The translations under genes were made by a program, and so were the position numbers. 64,000 bases of DNA, taken from the NCBI GenBank assembly GCA_963784595.1, contig CAWARX010000007.1, positions 410-64,409 on the forward strand, in the 5' to 3' direction. The notes below the pieces were generated by a model. The model did not search any database, had not been told where the DNA came from, and saw only the letters and a program-made list of their open reading frames with translations. Within the stretch, counting starts at the first letter, position 1. Each line of letters opens with the position of its first letter. The DNA comes from an uncultured Actinomycetes bacterium (lineage in GTDB: Bacteria > Actinomycetota > Acidimicrobiia > IMCC26256 > DASPTH01). Shown here one piece after another: positions 22,875-34,961 of this stretch.

Positions 22875-24227
22875 GGCTCGATCTGGAGTGACCGGCCGGT
22901 CGCGGTCGCCCAGTCGTCGGGGCCGCCCGTGACGATGCAGCACGTTCTTGTGGCGATGGCGGGCGAGGATGCTGGCGGCACTCGCCGCGCGTTCGCCGTG
23001 CCCGCACATCACGGCAATCGGCTCTGCGATGTCGTCAGCGACCGTTGCCAATGCGCCGAGTTCGATGTTGCGTGCGCCGGGGATGTGCCCGGCCTGGTAC
23101 TCGTTGGCCTGGCGGACATCGAGCGCTGCCCCGGTGAGTCGTTCGGCGGGTATCAGTTCGAAGGCGGCCACGGGAAGCCCCGCAGCGCTCCATGTCTGGA
23201 TGCCGCCCGCGAGTTCGCCGACGATGTGGTCGTAGCCGATGTTGGCGCACTGGCGAACGAGCTCGGCCCGGTCGGTGGTGTCATCGGTGATGAACACCAG
23301 AGGCCGGTCCGGCTCGACGAGCCAGCCGAGCCAGCTCGCGAACACGGCCCGCAAGGCGTTGGACAACGAGCAGGGTACATGAGCCTCGGCGAACGCGGCG
23401 ACGGGCCGAACGTCGATCACCTCGGCACCATCATCCATGAGTCTGCGTACGTCGGATGCCGAGAGTTGAGCAAGTGGTGTTGTCGGTGCGGTTCCGACGC
23501 CGTGGCGGTTCTGTTCGGGGAGCCACGAGAAGTGCGCGGGGAGTGATCCGAGGCCCCCGATCAGCGCGTCGACGAACGCTTGCTCGTCGGGTGCTTGGAG
23601 GAGCTGGTTGGTGGCTTTCTCTCGACCGATCGTGGTGGTCCGGTCGCTCGTCCCTGGCGCCGAGCAGAACGAACCAGCACCGTGGGTCGGGTACACGGGC
23701 AACTCGTCGGGGAGCACCAGCAGTTGTTCCTGGAGGGAGTGCCACATGGCTCGGGCGAGCTTCTCGGCGTGCTCGGCTCCGAGGAGATCGGGCCGCCCGA
23801 CCGTCCCGACCATCAACGACCCGCCGGTGAACACCGCGAGCGGCCGATCGTCGTCGAGGAGCAGGTAGGCGAGGTGGTCTGGTGTATGTCCCGGTGTCGG
23901 CAGCGCCCGCAGGGTGTGGCCGCCCAGGTCGATGTCATCGCCGGGATCGAGTGGCTGATGGGGCGTATCGAGGTGCGCGCCGCGACCGAAGAACGTCGCG
24001 CCCCGTCGACCGAGTTCGGGGCTGCCCGACACATAGTCGGCATGGGTGTGGGTATCGGCCGTCCACGTCAACTCCCACCCGTGTTGAGCGATCGCCGCCA
24101 GGTAGGGCTCGACGACGCGCAGCGGATCGATCACCAACACTCGACCGTCGACGGCAACGAGGTGCCCGGAGTGACCGAGACCCTCATCGACGACGCTGAC
24201 GATCTCGAGTCCCGTGACGACCTCCAA
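22871..24227 (-). CDS. MBL-fold persulfide dioxygenase-rhodanese fusion (CstB/Blh-like)
   Basis: DTHTHADYVSG, TPGHTP, VGRPDL, HGAGSFC; two rhodanese domains, the second with CGHGER. Confidence 0.85.
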
Positions 24228-24247
24228 CCTTCCCGGCGCTCATATAG

Positions 24248-24269
24248 TATTCCACAGAGCAATGGAGTA
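24248..24269. promoter_or_regulatory. Imperfect palindrome; likely ArsR-family operator between divergent genes
   Basis: TATTCCA-cagagcaa-TGGAGTA in an AT-rich intergenic region. Confidence 0.6.
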
Positions 24270-24287
24270 GCGACTGCGGTACAGGAG

Positions 24288-25013
24288 ATGACCATGGCGG
24301 AGTCGGCGGCGAAGCGGGCGTTGTTCGAGCAGTTCGCCCGGATCCCCAAGGCCGTCGCGCACCCGGCTCGCCTGGAGCTGCTCGAGCTGCTCGCCCAGGG
24401 CGAGCGCAGCGTCGAGGACCTCGCCGCGGTCACCGACACCGGACTGAGCACGGTCTCGGCCCAGCTCCAGGAGCTGCGCCGCGGACCTCGTCGACACGCG
24501 CCGTGAAGGAACCCGGATCTACTACCGGCTCGCCGGCGGCGACGTCGCCCGGTTCCTGACCGTCCTCCGTGACCTCGCGGCGTCCCACCTCGCCGATGTC
24601 GCCCACGCGCGGCGCCCTCGTATCTCGGCGATGACACCGACGTCGAGGCGATCGACCGCGACGAGCTGCGCCGCCGGGCCGCGGCCGGAGAGGTCCTCGT
24701 GGTCGATGTCCGTCCGGCCGTCGAATATCGGGCCGGGCACATTCCCGGTGCGGTGTCGATCCCGCTCGACGATCTCGACGCGCGCCTCGCCGAGCTGCCG
24801 AGCGACGTCGAGATCGTGGCGTACTGCCGCGGGCCGTATTGCGTGTTCGCCCACGAGGCGGTACGTCGTTTGCGTCGTCACGGCCGCCAGGCACGACGCC
24901 TCGCCGACGGGTGGCCGGAATGGCATGGCGCGGGCCTGCCCGCTGCCGTCGGCCCCGACCCGGGGCGTCCCGTGCGCAGACCCTCCCGTGCCCGAGGGGA
25001 CCAACGCCTCTGA
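24288..25013 (+). CDS. ArsR/SmtB HTH-rhodanese fusion regulator (frameshifted)
   Basis: LFEQFARIPKAVAHPARLELLELLAQGERSVE; VDVRPAVEYRAGHIPGA; VAYCRGPYCV. Confidence 0.85.
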
Positions 25014-25056
25014 CCGGCGGCCAGGTCATGAGCGGGCCATGCACGAGGAGGTCGCG

Positions 25057-25168
25057 ATAATGTCTTGCTGATCCTCAACGATCCGGCCTACGGCACCGAA
25101 CGTTCGTTCAACGGGCTGCGCCTCGCCGGGTCACTCGCGCACCGTGACGACGTCGCGGTGCGGGTGCA
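25057..25168 (+). pseudogene. DsrE family protein, N-terminal fragment
   Basis: After a GAGGAGG SD: NVLLILNDPAYGTERSFNGLRLAGSLAHRDDVAVRV, then broken. Confidence 0.7.
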
Positions 25169-25485
25169 CCGAACTCGAGCCCAGACTCGACGATCAGATG
25201 CCATCTCGGCGCAACAGGCTCAAGACCCACGATGAACTCTGACGCTGACCAACCGTCAACGGTCCACGATCCGTCGGGAGCGGCTATTGGTGTGGCTACT
25301 CGGAAGCTGTCCAACTCGATACGCGCAAGCAGGTCCTGGATCCAGGCCGCCTCCGCCTCGTCATACACACGCTTGACCACAATGGGTCCGGCCTGGAACG
25401 ACAGACCTTCGCCGCCCGGAAGGGGAACCGGGTCGGCCTGCACGCTGAACGCTCGCGCGACAGCATCCGGCGAGGCCGCAGTCAT
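25169..25485 (-). pseudogene. TIGR02569-like / phosphotransferase-fold protein, N-terminal fragment
   Basis: PDAVARAF...PVPLPGGEG...VVKR...EAAW...FRVATPIA...GSWTVDGWSA; truncated against the DsrE fragment. Confidence 0.55.
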
Positions 25486-25615
25486 GACCGAAGTCTCGCA
25501 CCGCGGGCTGCAACGGTCCCGGTGATCTGGGGCAGCCTGAGTATCTGCGAATCTGGCTGCGCGTCGATGAGCGTGTTTCTGGGGAGTTGCTCTCTGTTGG
25601 AACTGGATGTTCGAG

Positions 25616-26436
25616 CTACGGCGAGGAGTGGGGCTGGAGCGATTCGGCGATGCGGATCGCTTCGTTACGCGACAGTGCTGACTCGAGGCGGTAGGTCACT
25701 CCTCCGTGTTGCCAGAGGAGGGTGTTGCCGGCGAGGCGGGCATGGTCAGTGAAGAACCGGCCGTTCTTGTCGGCGAGGGTGAGGACGTGAGGCTGGCCCG
25801 AGATCCAGTAGCCCGGGTCGCCGTCGACGGTCACTTGTTCCACGTTGGTGCCCGCCGTGAGTGTCTTGCGGATCACCGGTTCGGGGATGGTGGCATGGAA
25901 CTCGGTGAGGAGCAGTCCAACGCCGGTGGTTTCCGTGACGGGGATTCCGGCCCGAGGCGCGTACGCAAGGGTGACCCGCCCAGCGGTCGGGACGTCGCCG
26001 ACGTAGAGCGCGTCGGGCGCGCCGGACTCGCTGTGAGGCGGCACCGCAAGATCGAAGTCGACGCGACGGCGTGCCTCGTTGAGGCTGACTCGGGTTCCGA
26101 GCGACAACCTGGCGCCCGGGGGGATCCGGGCCGGGCCGTCGTGCTGTTCGATCTGCACGCCTCGCAGCCCGAAGAAGTCGGCGACCGCATCACGTGTCGC
26201 CGATGACGCTGCGAGCAGCGCGCTCGGCTACGAGCACGATCACTGCCACGGCGACCAGCACGCGCGTGCGTATGCGAACTGACGGCGCTCCGTTGCGTCG
26301 GACGGGCGTGTCCTCGCCGACGACGCGCTCGGACCGCGCCGGTGACGGTGCCGGCATCGGCCACGACGAGGTGCCGGGCGAGGTCGCGGAGCGCGACGAT
26401 CAGTTCCGTGTCTGGGTGCCCGTCGCGCCTAGCCAT
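25616..26436 (-). CDS. Putative membrane anti-sigma factor (frameshifted)
   Basis: Overlaps the sigma factor's 3' end; short N-terminal domain, TM segment, VADFFGLRGV, extracytoplasmic domain ending NTLLWQHGGVTYRLES. Confidence 0.6.
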
Positions 26437-27033
26437 CGAACATCTCCTCGCCCGGCGCGGCGCGCTGGTGGTATCGAATTGTTCGCGTAGGCGTGTGAGC
26501 GCCCACGAAAGCCTCGACTTCACCGTGCCCGGCCGGATCCCAAGTGCGGCCGCGGTTTCCGCCTCGCTGAGATCCGCGAGGTAGCGGCACGAGATCACGT
26601 CGCGGTCGGCCTCCGAGAGCCGTCCCAGCGCGACGAGGAGCATCTGGCGTTGCTCGAGCGCGAGGACCGCCTCCTCGGTGGATGGGGCCGCACCCACCGG
26701 AGGGCGGCCCTCGAACACGCGCAACTCGAGACGTGCACGACGGCCCGCGCCGCGTCGCGCGTTGCGCGCCTCGTTGGCGACGATCCGCAACAACCACGGG
26801 CGGAACGGCGCCCCGGGCCGGAAACGGTCCAACGCCCGCCACGCTTTCACGAACGCCTCCTGCGTCGCGTCGGACGCAGCCGTCGGCCCGCACAACAGCG
26901 TCGCGACCCGCACGGCGACACCCTCATAACGCTCGACCAGGTGCACGTACGCGTCGACGTCACCCCCGTACGCCCTCCTCACCAACTCGCCGTCGTCGTC
27001 CAGTGGGCGGCCCTCCACTGCCAAGTCGTTCAC
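26429..27033 (-). CDS. ECF RNA polymerase sigma factor
   Basis: DATQEAFVKAWRALDRF...FRPWLLRIVANEARN; LSEAETAAALGIRPGTVKSRLS. Confidence 0.9.
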
Positions 27034-27039
27034 GGTCAC

Positions 27040-27066
27040 TACACCGCGGCGGGCCAAAAGGTTCCC
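27040..27066 (-). promoter_or_regulatory. ECF-type promoter GGGAACC-N13-CGGTGTA driving the sigma gene (probably leaderless)
   Basis: Minus strand reads gggaacc ttttggcccgccg cggtgta; a GTG start lies 7 nt downstream. Confidence 0.7.
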
Positions 27067-27067
27067 C

Positions 27068-27094
27068 GGGAACCCGAACCGCCCCGGCGGTGTA
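27068..27094 (+). promoter_or_regulatory. ECF-type promoter GGGAACC-N13-CGGTGTA driving the secreted-protein gene
   Basis: gggaacc cgaaccgccccgg cggtgta; boxes and spacer length identical to the divergent copy. Confidence 0.7.
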
Positions 27095-27144
27095 GGAGAC
27101 ATCGAGCCACCACCCCTCGACTACCCCGAGAAGGGAAGCCGTCG

Positions 27145-27640
27145 ATGAAGCTTCGCACCCTCGCTGTTGCCATAGTCGTCGTCGGCGTCGTGCTCATCCC
27201 GACGACGGCGTGGGCCAAGGGCGCCAAAGACGTCACGATCACCGGCCCCGGCCTCCACCAGCCCGTCCACGTCGAGAACATCGCCGGCCCCACGATCATT
27301 GAAGTCAACCGTCTCGCCGAAGCGACCGGACTCCTCTACGCGGCGTTCCGCACCACACCATCTCCCATCACCCACGCTCGACCTGCAGGCAAGTTGGGTC
27401 CCCGCTACCGCGCGGTCTACGAGCTCTACGCCTCCGAAAGCAACACCGTGACCATCCGCCAGGACCTCTACCCGTTCGCCGCGGCAGGTTTCGTCAGCTA
27501 CACCGCTCCGGGCCAACACGTCTTCCAACGGACAGCTCGCAGCGGCTGGTACGTCACCACCGACAAGTACAACACCGGAGTCGACAGCCCGAGCGCCACC
27601 GCGATGCTGGTATCGCTCGGAGCACCACCCCCAAAGGCCA
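27145..27640 (+). CDS. Secreted hypothetical protein (3' end replaced by the antisense of another gene)
   Basis: Signal peptide MKLRTLAVAIVVVGVVLIPTTAWA-K; the ORF runs on into antisense phosphotransferase sequence. Confidence 0.6.
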
Positions 27641-27885
27641 AGAGCGCGGCGTACACCGTCGCCTCGCGTCGCAGGTTCAGCGCTGAGCTGGAAACCGGGC
27701 CGGTGCCGGGATCGAGACGCACCACCACGGACCGCACGTCGTGCGCGTCGGACGCGACGTCGATCGCCCAGATCTCGAGCTGCGCCGCTGCCGATGCGGG
27801 CCTGTTGACCGACGGTCACGGCCAGCTCGTGTTCGATCCAGGACACGATGTCCGCCGGCAGCGCGTCGCGCGCGGTCGCCGTCAT
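27641..27885 (-). pseudogene. Phosphotransferase (APH-like) family, N-terminal fragment
   Basis: MTATARDALPADIVSWIE...GSG...VVVRLDPGTGP...LRREATVYAAL, then truncated; ATGA-coupled to the TetR gene. Confidence 0.55.
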
Positions 27886-28477
27886 GGCTGGGGGACCGAC
27901 GTGGGGTAGAGCGCTTGGACCATCGCCTCCACTTCGCGACCGAGCTGGGCGCGACTGGCGCGCACGCCCTCGAGCTGCTCGTAATGGCACAACCCCAGGA
28001 GCAACAGGAACAGGGCCTTGACGGTGGCCCGCTGCTCGGCGGCGTGCCCGGTGCGAACGATGCGAACAACTTCGCGAACTCGCCGTGCCACTGCGCCATG
28101 TAGGCCGCCAGCTCGGGATGGCGCACGCTCGCCATGTGCAGCTCGAGCAACAGCACCCGTGTGGTCGTCATGTCGGTCCGCAGGAACGCCGCGGCGACGT
28201 CGTGTACGCCATTGATGACGTGACCGTTCGACGACAACGTGGCGGCGAGCTGCTCGAGGGCGCACCGTCCCGCGAGATAGAGGAGCTCTTCCTTCGTTTG
28301 GAAGTGGTTGTAGATCGCCGTCGCGGTGACGCCGGCGCGCTCGGCGATGCCCGCGACGGTTACCGCTTCGAGACCATCGGTCGCGCAGGCGACCACCGCC
28401 GCGTCGAGCAGGCGATCGCGAGTCGACTGATCATCGGATTTCGGGGGTCGTCCTCGACGTCTGGTCATCACGGCCAT
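27882..28477 (-). CDS. TetR/AcrR family regulator (frameshifted)
   Basis: GRPPK...TRDRLLDAA...TVAGIAERAGVTATAIYNHFQTKEEL. Confidence 0.85.
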
Positions 28478-28632
28478 GTATAGACGGAGTAGGGATCGGC
28501 GACGATCGCCGGGTCGAAGGGGTCGTACTGCAAGGTCATGGTGCGCCCCACACGTCGTTGCCGCGCAGCGCGCACACGCCCGCGCCGTCCACGAACACGG
28601 CTCGAACCACTGGCAGTCGATCGAAGCGCTCG

Positions 28633-30561
<1,929 letters not shown>

Positions 30562-30597
30562 GGAAGCTCCCTGACGAAATCGTGGCCTGTTGGGCGG

Positions 30598-30723
30598 TCA
30601 GTGACGACGGTGGGCGAAATGGGTGGCGTGGTCGCTGCAGACACCGGCACCGCAGACGACGCAGATGCCGACGGCAGCCCGGGCAACCGAAGAGCTTCCG
30701 GTTGCGCAGTCGGAGCCGTTCAT
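30598..30723 (-). CDS. Small Cys-rich protein, DUF2180-like (possibly truncated)
   Basis: MNGSDC...AAVGICVVCGAGVCSDH; ATGA overlap with acr3. Confidence 0.5.
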   Translation of the reverse strand: MNGSDCATGSSSVARAAVGICVVCGAGVCSDHATHFAHRRH

Positions 30724-31799
30724 GACGTGGCCCCCTCGAGGGCGACGGGGTAATAGCGGCCGCGTGCCCACAACGACACATACACGAGGGCGACGAGCAC
30801 CGGCACCTCGACGAGGGGTCCGATGGTGCCGGCGAGCGCCTGGCCCGAGGTGATGCCGAACACGGCGATGGACACGGCGATGGCGAGCTCGAAGTTGTTG
30901 CCGGCTGCGGTGAAGGCGATGGACGCGTTGCGGTCGTAGGGGAACCCGAGTTTGCGACCGGCGGTGAACGAGCCACCCCACATCAGCGCGAAGTACACGA
31001 GGAGTGGGATGGCGACGCGGGCGACGTCGAGCGGATCGGCGGTGATCTTCTTGCCTTGCAGGGCGAACAGCACGACGATGGTGAAGAGCAGGCCGTAGAG
31101 CGCGATGGGGCCGATGCGGGGGAGGAACCGTTGGTCGTACCACTCGGTGCCCTTGCGCTTCTCCCCGATCGTGCGGGTCAGGAAGCCGGCGAGGAGCGGG
31201 ATGCCGAGGAAGATGACCACCGACCTGGTGATGTCCCACATGGACACGTGGAGGCTCTGGGTGTCGAGCCCCAGCCAGTTCGGCAGCGCGGTCAGGTAGA
31301 ACCAGCCGAGTACCGAGTACATGACAATCTGGAACACCGAGTTCAGCGCGACGAGCACGGCCGCGAGCTCCCGGCTGCCGCACGCAAGGTCGTTCCAGAT
31401 CAGGACCATGGCGATGCACCGAGCCAGGCCGACGATGATCAGACCGGTGCGCAGCTCGGGCTGATCGGCGAGGAACACCCAGGCGAGGGTGAACATCAGC
31501 AGGGGCCCGACGATCCAGTTGAGCACCAACGAGAACACCACGGCGCGACGGTCGGCGAGCTCGTCGCCGATGTGGCGGTAACGGACCTTCGCGAGCACCG
31601 GGTACATCATGGCGAACAGCCCGATCGCGATCGGCAGGGAGACGGTGTCGACCTTGATGCCCTCGAGCGTGTTGTTGAGGTCGGGTATCAGCCGCCCCAA
31701 CACGAGTCCCGCCGCCATCGCGAGCCCGATCCAGACCGGGAGGAAACGGTCGAGAGTCGACAGCTTCGAGGTCACGGCCTCGGTGCGAGTCGTGGTCAT
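30720..31799 (-). CDS. acr3: Acr3-family arsenite efflux transporter
   Basis: LSTLDRFLPVWI, MMYPVLAKV, GLARCIAMV, AGNNFELAIAV, GPLVEVP. Confidence 0.95.
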   Translation of the reverse strand: MTTTRTEAVTSKLSTLDRFLPVWIGLAMAAGLVLGRLIPDLNNTLEGIKVDTVSLPIAIGLFAMMYPVLAKVRYRHIGDELADRRAVVFSLVLNWIVGPLLMFTLAWVFLADQPELRTGLIIVGLARCIAMVLIWNDLACGSRELAAVLVALNSVFQIVMYSVLGWFYLTALPNWLGLDTQSLHVSMWDITRSVVIFLGIPLLAGFLTRTIGEKRKGTEWYDQRFLPRIGPIALYGLLFTIVVLFALQGKKITADPLDVARVAIPLLVYFALMWGGSFTAGRKLGFPYDRNASIAFTAAGNNFELAIAVSIAVFGITSGQALAGTIGPLVEVPVLVALVYVSLWARGRYYPVALEGATS

Positions 31800-32089
31800 C
31801 GGATCGCTCCCGCGAGGTCGGGCGTGACCGCCGACACGGCGGCCGCGAGCGCGCCCGGGTCGAGGGTGTAGTCGACCCACCGCCCGCGGCGCTTCGCCGT
31901 GATGAAACCTGCATCGCGCAGCACCGTCAGGTGGTGAGACAGCAACGACCCCGACACGCCGATCCGGTGCCGCAACTCGCACACGCAACGGGTGCCGTGG
32001 GCGAGCTCTTGGATCACCCGCAGCCGTGTGGGGTCGCCGAGTGCCCGAAAGCGGGCGGCCTGAAGTTCAACTGATGTTGAATCATGCAC
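31796..32089 (-). CDS. arsR: ArsR family regulator
   Basis: FRALGDPTRLRV...RCVCEL...LSHHLTVLRDAG...RRGRWVDY; palindrome ttcaac-tgat-gttgaa at 32066-32081 lies in its 5' end. Confidence 0.88.
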   Translation of the reverse strand: MHDSTSVELQAARFRALGDPTRLRVIQELAHGTRCVCELRHRIGVSGSLLSHHLTVLRDAGFITAKRRGRWVDYTLDPGALAAAVSAVTPDLAGAIR

Positions 32090-32193
32090 CCGTGGAGTAT
32101 GTGCCCGGCATGGCGAGGCCGCACAGGGGCCAAGGTCCCAACCCCCGAAGCGGTGCTCCCAGGCCCGAACCGAGAGCACCACCCGACAGGTGC

Positions 32194-32670
32194 TCAGCTG
32201 CAGGTCGACTTGCTCTGGGCGGCGCCCGTCAAGGCGACCGGCTCCGTGGCCGCGGCGGGTGCGCAGCACGTGCCGCTCGCGGCGCCGCGCACTTCGTTTG
32301 CCATCTGCTCGGCGTCGCCGGTCTTGACGTACCACTCCCACTTGGCACCGTCGGGGTCGGTGACCCAGGTCTCGGTCTTGGTGGCGTAGCAGCAGACGGT
32401 GTCGTCGATGCCGGTGGTCTCGAGGCCGGTCTCGGACAGGCGGCCCTCGGCGGCGACGACGTCCTCGCCACTCTCGGTCTCGACGCCGAGGTGGTTGAGC
32501 GTGCCGCCCTCGGGTGCCTCGATGAGCACGAGCTTGAGGGGCGGCTCGGCGATCTCGAAGTTCGCGTAGCCGGGCTTGCGCTTCGCCACCGGCGTCGCGA
32601 AGAGCTTGGAGTAGAAGTCGACCGCCGCGTCGACATCGGTGACGTTGAGGGCGAGTTGGACACGGGACAT
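32194..32670 (-). CDS. ArsI/CadI family VOC metalloenzyme (putative C-As lyase)
   Basis: MSRVQLALNV...GYANF...LKLVLIE...LNHLGVE...TVCCYA...WVTDPDG..WEWY. Confidence 0.88.
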   Translation of the reverse strand: MSRVQLALNVTDVDAAVDFYSKLFATPVAKRKPGYANFEIAEPPLKLVLIEAPEGGTLNHLGVETESGEDVVAAEGRLSETGLETTGIDDTVCCYATKTETWVTDPDGAKWEWYVKTGDAEQMANEVRGAASGTCCAPAAATEPVALTGAAQSKSTCS

Positions 32671-32693
32671 GGGGTCCTCCGGCGAGATGATAG

Positions 32694-32742
32694 ATTGACG
32701 TTCGTTGATGAGTACCATACCATCACATCGAACGATGTCAAT
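32694..32742. promoter_or_regulatory. Inverted pair of ArsR-type operator-like sites between divergent arsI and arsR
   Basis: attgacgttcgttgatg (32694-32710) and catcgaacgatgtcaat (32726-32742). Confidence 0.55.
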
Positions 32743-32775
32743 GTGTGTGCCGAAGTTTCGAGCGCGGAGACTGAG

Positions 32776-33104
32776 ATGTCCGTGAAGCCGTTCGACCTGT
32801 GCTGTGGCACCCTCACCGAGTCGGTCCTGGAAGAGACCGCAGCGGTCGAGTTGGCCGACGCCCTGAAGGTGCTCGCCGACCCGGCTCGCCTGCGCCTCTT
32901 GTCGCTGGTGGCGTCCGCGGCTGACGGGGAGTCGTGTGCGTGTGACCTCGTCGAGCCGCTTGACCGGTCACAACCGACCGTGTCGCACCACCTCTCGATG
33001 CTCGTCGACGCCGGCTTCCTCACCGCGAACGACGCGGCCGCTGGGCCTACTACCGGGTTGACGGCGAACGTCTGCGTGCGCTCTGCTCCGTGATCTGCCC
33101 CTGA
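32776..33104 (+). CDS. arsR: ArsR family regulator (frameshift near C-terminus)
   Basis: DLCCG...LKVLADPARLRLLSL...ESCACDL...SQPTVSHHL. Confidence 0.85.
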
Positions 33105-33126
33105 ACGGAGCTCCGCGCGATCGGAG

Positions 33127-33777
33127 TCAGTCCGCCGCGAGCCCGAGGGACCCGAGCAGCGCCACGACCCGCACTCGGATGTCGTCACGGATCACGCGCA
33201 CGGTGTCGAGATCCTGCTCGGCGGGGTCGTCGAGGTCCCAGTCCTCGTAGCGCTTCCCCGGGTACAGCGGACAGGCGTCACCACAACCCATCGTGACGAC
33301 GACGTCTGCCGCGCGGACGATCTCGTCGGTCCAGGGCTTCGGGAACTCTTCGGTGATATCGATCCCCACCTCGCCCATCGCGGCGATCGCGACGGGGTTG
33401 ATCTCCGAGGTCGGCTCCGACCCCCCGGACCACACCACCACGGTGTCGCCGGCGAGGTGACGGAGCCAACCGGCCGCCATCTGGGAGCGACCGGCATTGT
33501 GCATGCAGAGGAACAACACCCCGGGCACCGCTGATGGAAGGGCGCCCTCGACCCGGCCGAGCGCGCGGAGCCGTTCTCGGGCGAACTTCTCTGCGAGCAC
33601 GGGCAGGAACGAGGTCACCGTGGCGGAGGGGAGCAGCTTGTCGAGCGAGTCGACGACGAATCGCTCGATCGTCTCGACGCCGAACGTACCGGCGAACTGT
33701 GACTCGAGCCGAGCGGTGACCCCGCGCACCAGATGCTGCTGGTCGACGGGGAGGTGGGAGAGGTGGAGGTCACTCAT
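33127..33777 (-). CDS. arsC: Arsenate reductase, LMW-PTP fold with N-terminal helical extension (ArsC1'-like)
   Basis: LESQFAGTFGVETIERF...FLCMHNAGRSQMA...TMGCGDACP...WDLDDP. Confidence 0.9.
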   Translation of the reverse strand: MSDLHLSHLPVDQQHLVRGVTARLESQFAGTFGVETIERFVVDSLDKLLPSATVTSFLPVLAEKFARERLRALGRVEGALPSAVPGVLFLCMHNAGRSQMAAGWLRHLAGDTVVVWSGGSEPTSEINPVAIAAMGEVGIDITEEFPKPWTDEIVRAADVVVTMGCGDACPLYPGKRYEDWDLDDPAEQDLDTVRVIRDDIRVRVVALLGSLGLAAD

Positions 33778-33795
33778 CGTGTCGCCGGTTGCTCG

Positions 33796-34215
33796 CTACG
33801 AAGCCGGGGTGAAGAGCTCGGCGACCAGCGCCCGGATGCGACGGTCGATCTCGTCGCGGATGGGGCGCACGGCATCGACACCTTGGCCCGCGGGGTCGTC
33901 GAGCTTCCAGTCTTCGTAGCGCTTGCCCGGGTAGATCGGGCAGGCGTCGCCGCAGCCCATGGTGATGACGACGTCGGATGCCTGGACGGCCGCGTCCTCG
34001 AGCCGTTTCGGGTGCGCACCCTCGGCGCGCAGGTCGATGCCGATCTCTGCCATGGCTTCGACCACGGCGGGGTTGATGTCCTCGGCTGGCACGGATCCGG
34101 CTGAGCGGACCACGACGCGGTCACCCGCGTGATGGGCGAGGAGCGCGGCCGCCATCTGGGAGCGGCCGGCGTTGTGCACGCAGACGAAGAGCACTTCGGG
34201 GCGGGTGTCAGTCAT
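33796..34215 (-). CDS. arsC: Arsenate reductase, LMW-PTP fold
   Basis: VLFVCVHNAGRSQMA...TMGCGDACPIYPGKRYEDWKLDDP. Confidence 0.92.
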   Translation of the reverse strand: MTDTRPEVLFVCVHNAGRSQMAAALLAHHAGDRVVVRSAGSVPAEDINPAVVEAMAEIGIDLRAEGAHPKRLEDAAVQASDVVITMGCGDACPIYPGKRYEDWKLDDPAGQGVDAVRPIRDEIDRRIRALVAELFTPAS

Positions 34216-34961
34216 TGGGGGGTCTCCGAATGATTGTGGGGATAGAAGAGGCGGACGAGGCCGAACGCGATGACGGCGCCGACCAGTTGCATGACGATGA
34301 ACATCGGTGCCGAGGCCGGAGCGATCCCGGCGAAGGTGTCCGACAAGGTGCGGGCGATGGTGACGGCAGGGTTCGCGAAACTCGTCGATGACGTGAACCA
34401 GTAGGCCCCACCGATCCAGGCACCCACCGCGAACGGCACCACGTTGGCGCGGCCAGTACGGACACAGCCCTGGATCAGCAGGAGGAGGGTCACGGTGGCC
34501 ACGACCTCGGACAGCCACAGCGCGCCCGAAGATCGTGTCTTGGTCGAGAGGTCGATCGCCGGGAGTTCGAACATGACGTTCACGAGCATCGCTCCGAGAC
34601 ACGCGCCGACCACCTGGGCGACGACATACAGCGCACTGTCGCGGGTGGTCGTCGTGCCGAGAATCCGGTCGAGGAGCGTGACAACCGGGTTGAAATGCGC
34701 GCCGGAGACCGCGCCGAACATCAGGATCAGGCCGACGAGCGCGGCGGCGGTTGCCGCTGCGTTCTCCAGCAACTGGAGACCGAGGTCGCCGTGCGAGAGT
34801 CGGCTGGCCATGATTCCGGAGCCGATCACCGCGACGATCAGCATGCCCGTGCCGAACGCCTCGGCAGCCAGGCGGCGAGTCAGGTCGAGGTTGAGCCGAC
34901 CGACGCCGGTTTCGAGCTCGCCCGAAAGCTCGAAATCGCTGGGGTGTAGTTCGTCGCTCAC
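34212..34961 (-). CDS. MIP/aquaporin family channel (arsenic-associated, AqpS-like)
   Basis: AEAFGT...GSGIMA; SGAHFNPVVT; FTSSTSFANPAVT. Confidence 0.9.
   Translation of the reverse strand: MSDELHPSDFELSGELETGVGRLNLDLTRRLAAEAFGTGMLIVAVIGSGIMASRLSHGDLGLQLLENAAATAAALVGLILMFGAVSGAHFNPVVTLLDRILGTTTTRDSALYVVAQVVGACLGAMLVNVMFELPAIDLSTKTRSSGALWLSEVVATVTLLLLIQGCVRTGRANVVPFAVGAWIGGAYWFTSSTSFANPAVTIARTLSDTFAGIAPASAPMFIVMQLVGAVIAFGLVRLFYPHNHSETPQ

Noticed and set aside
22060-24227. PDO-rhodanese-MFS fusion suggested by ORF 22716-24227
   Set aside because: A GTGA stop/start overlap at 22871-22874 and a nearby frameshift explain it as two genes.
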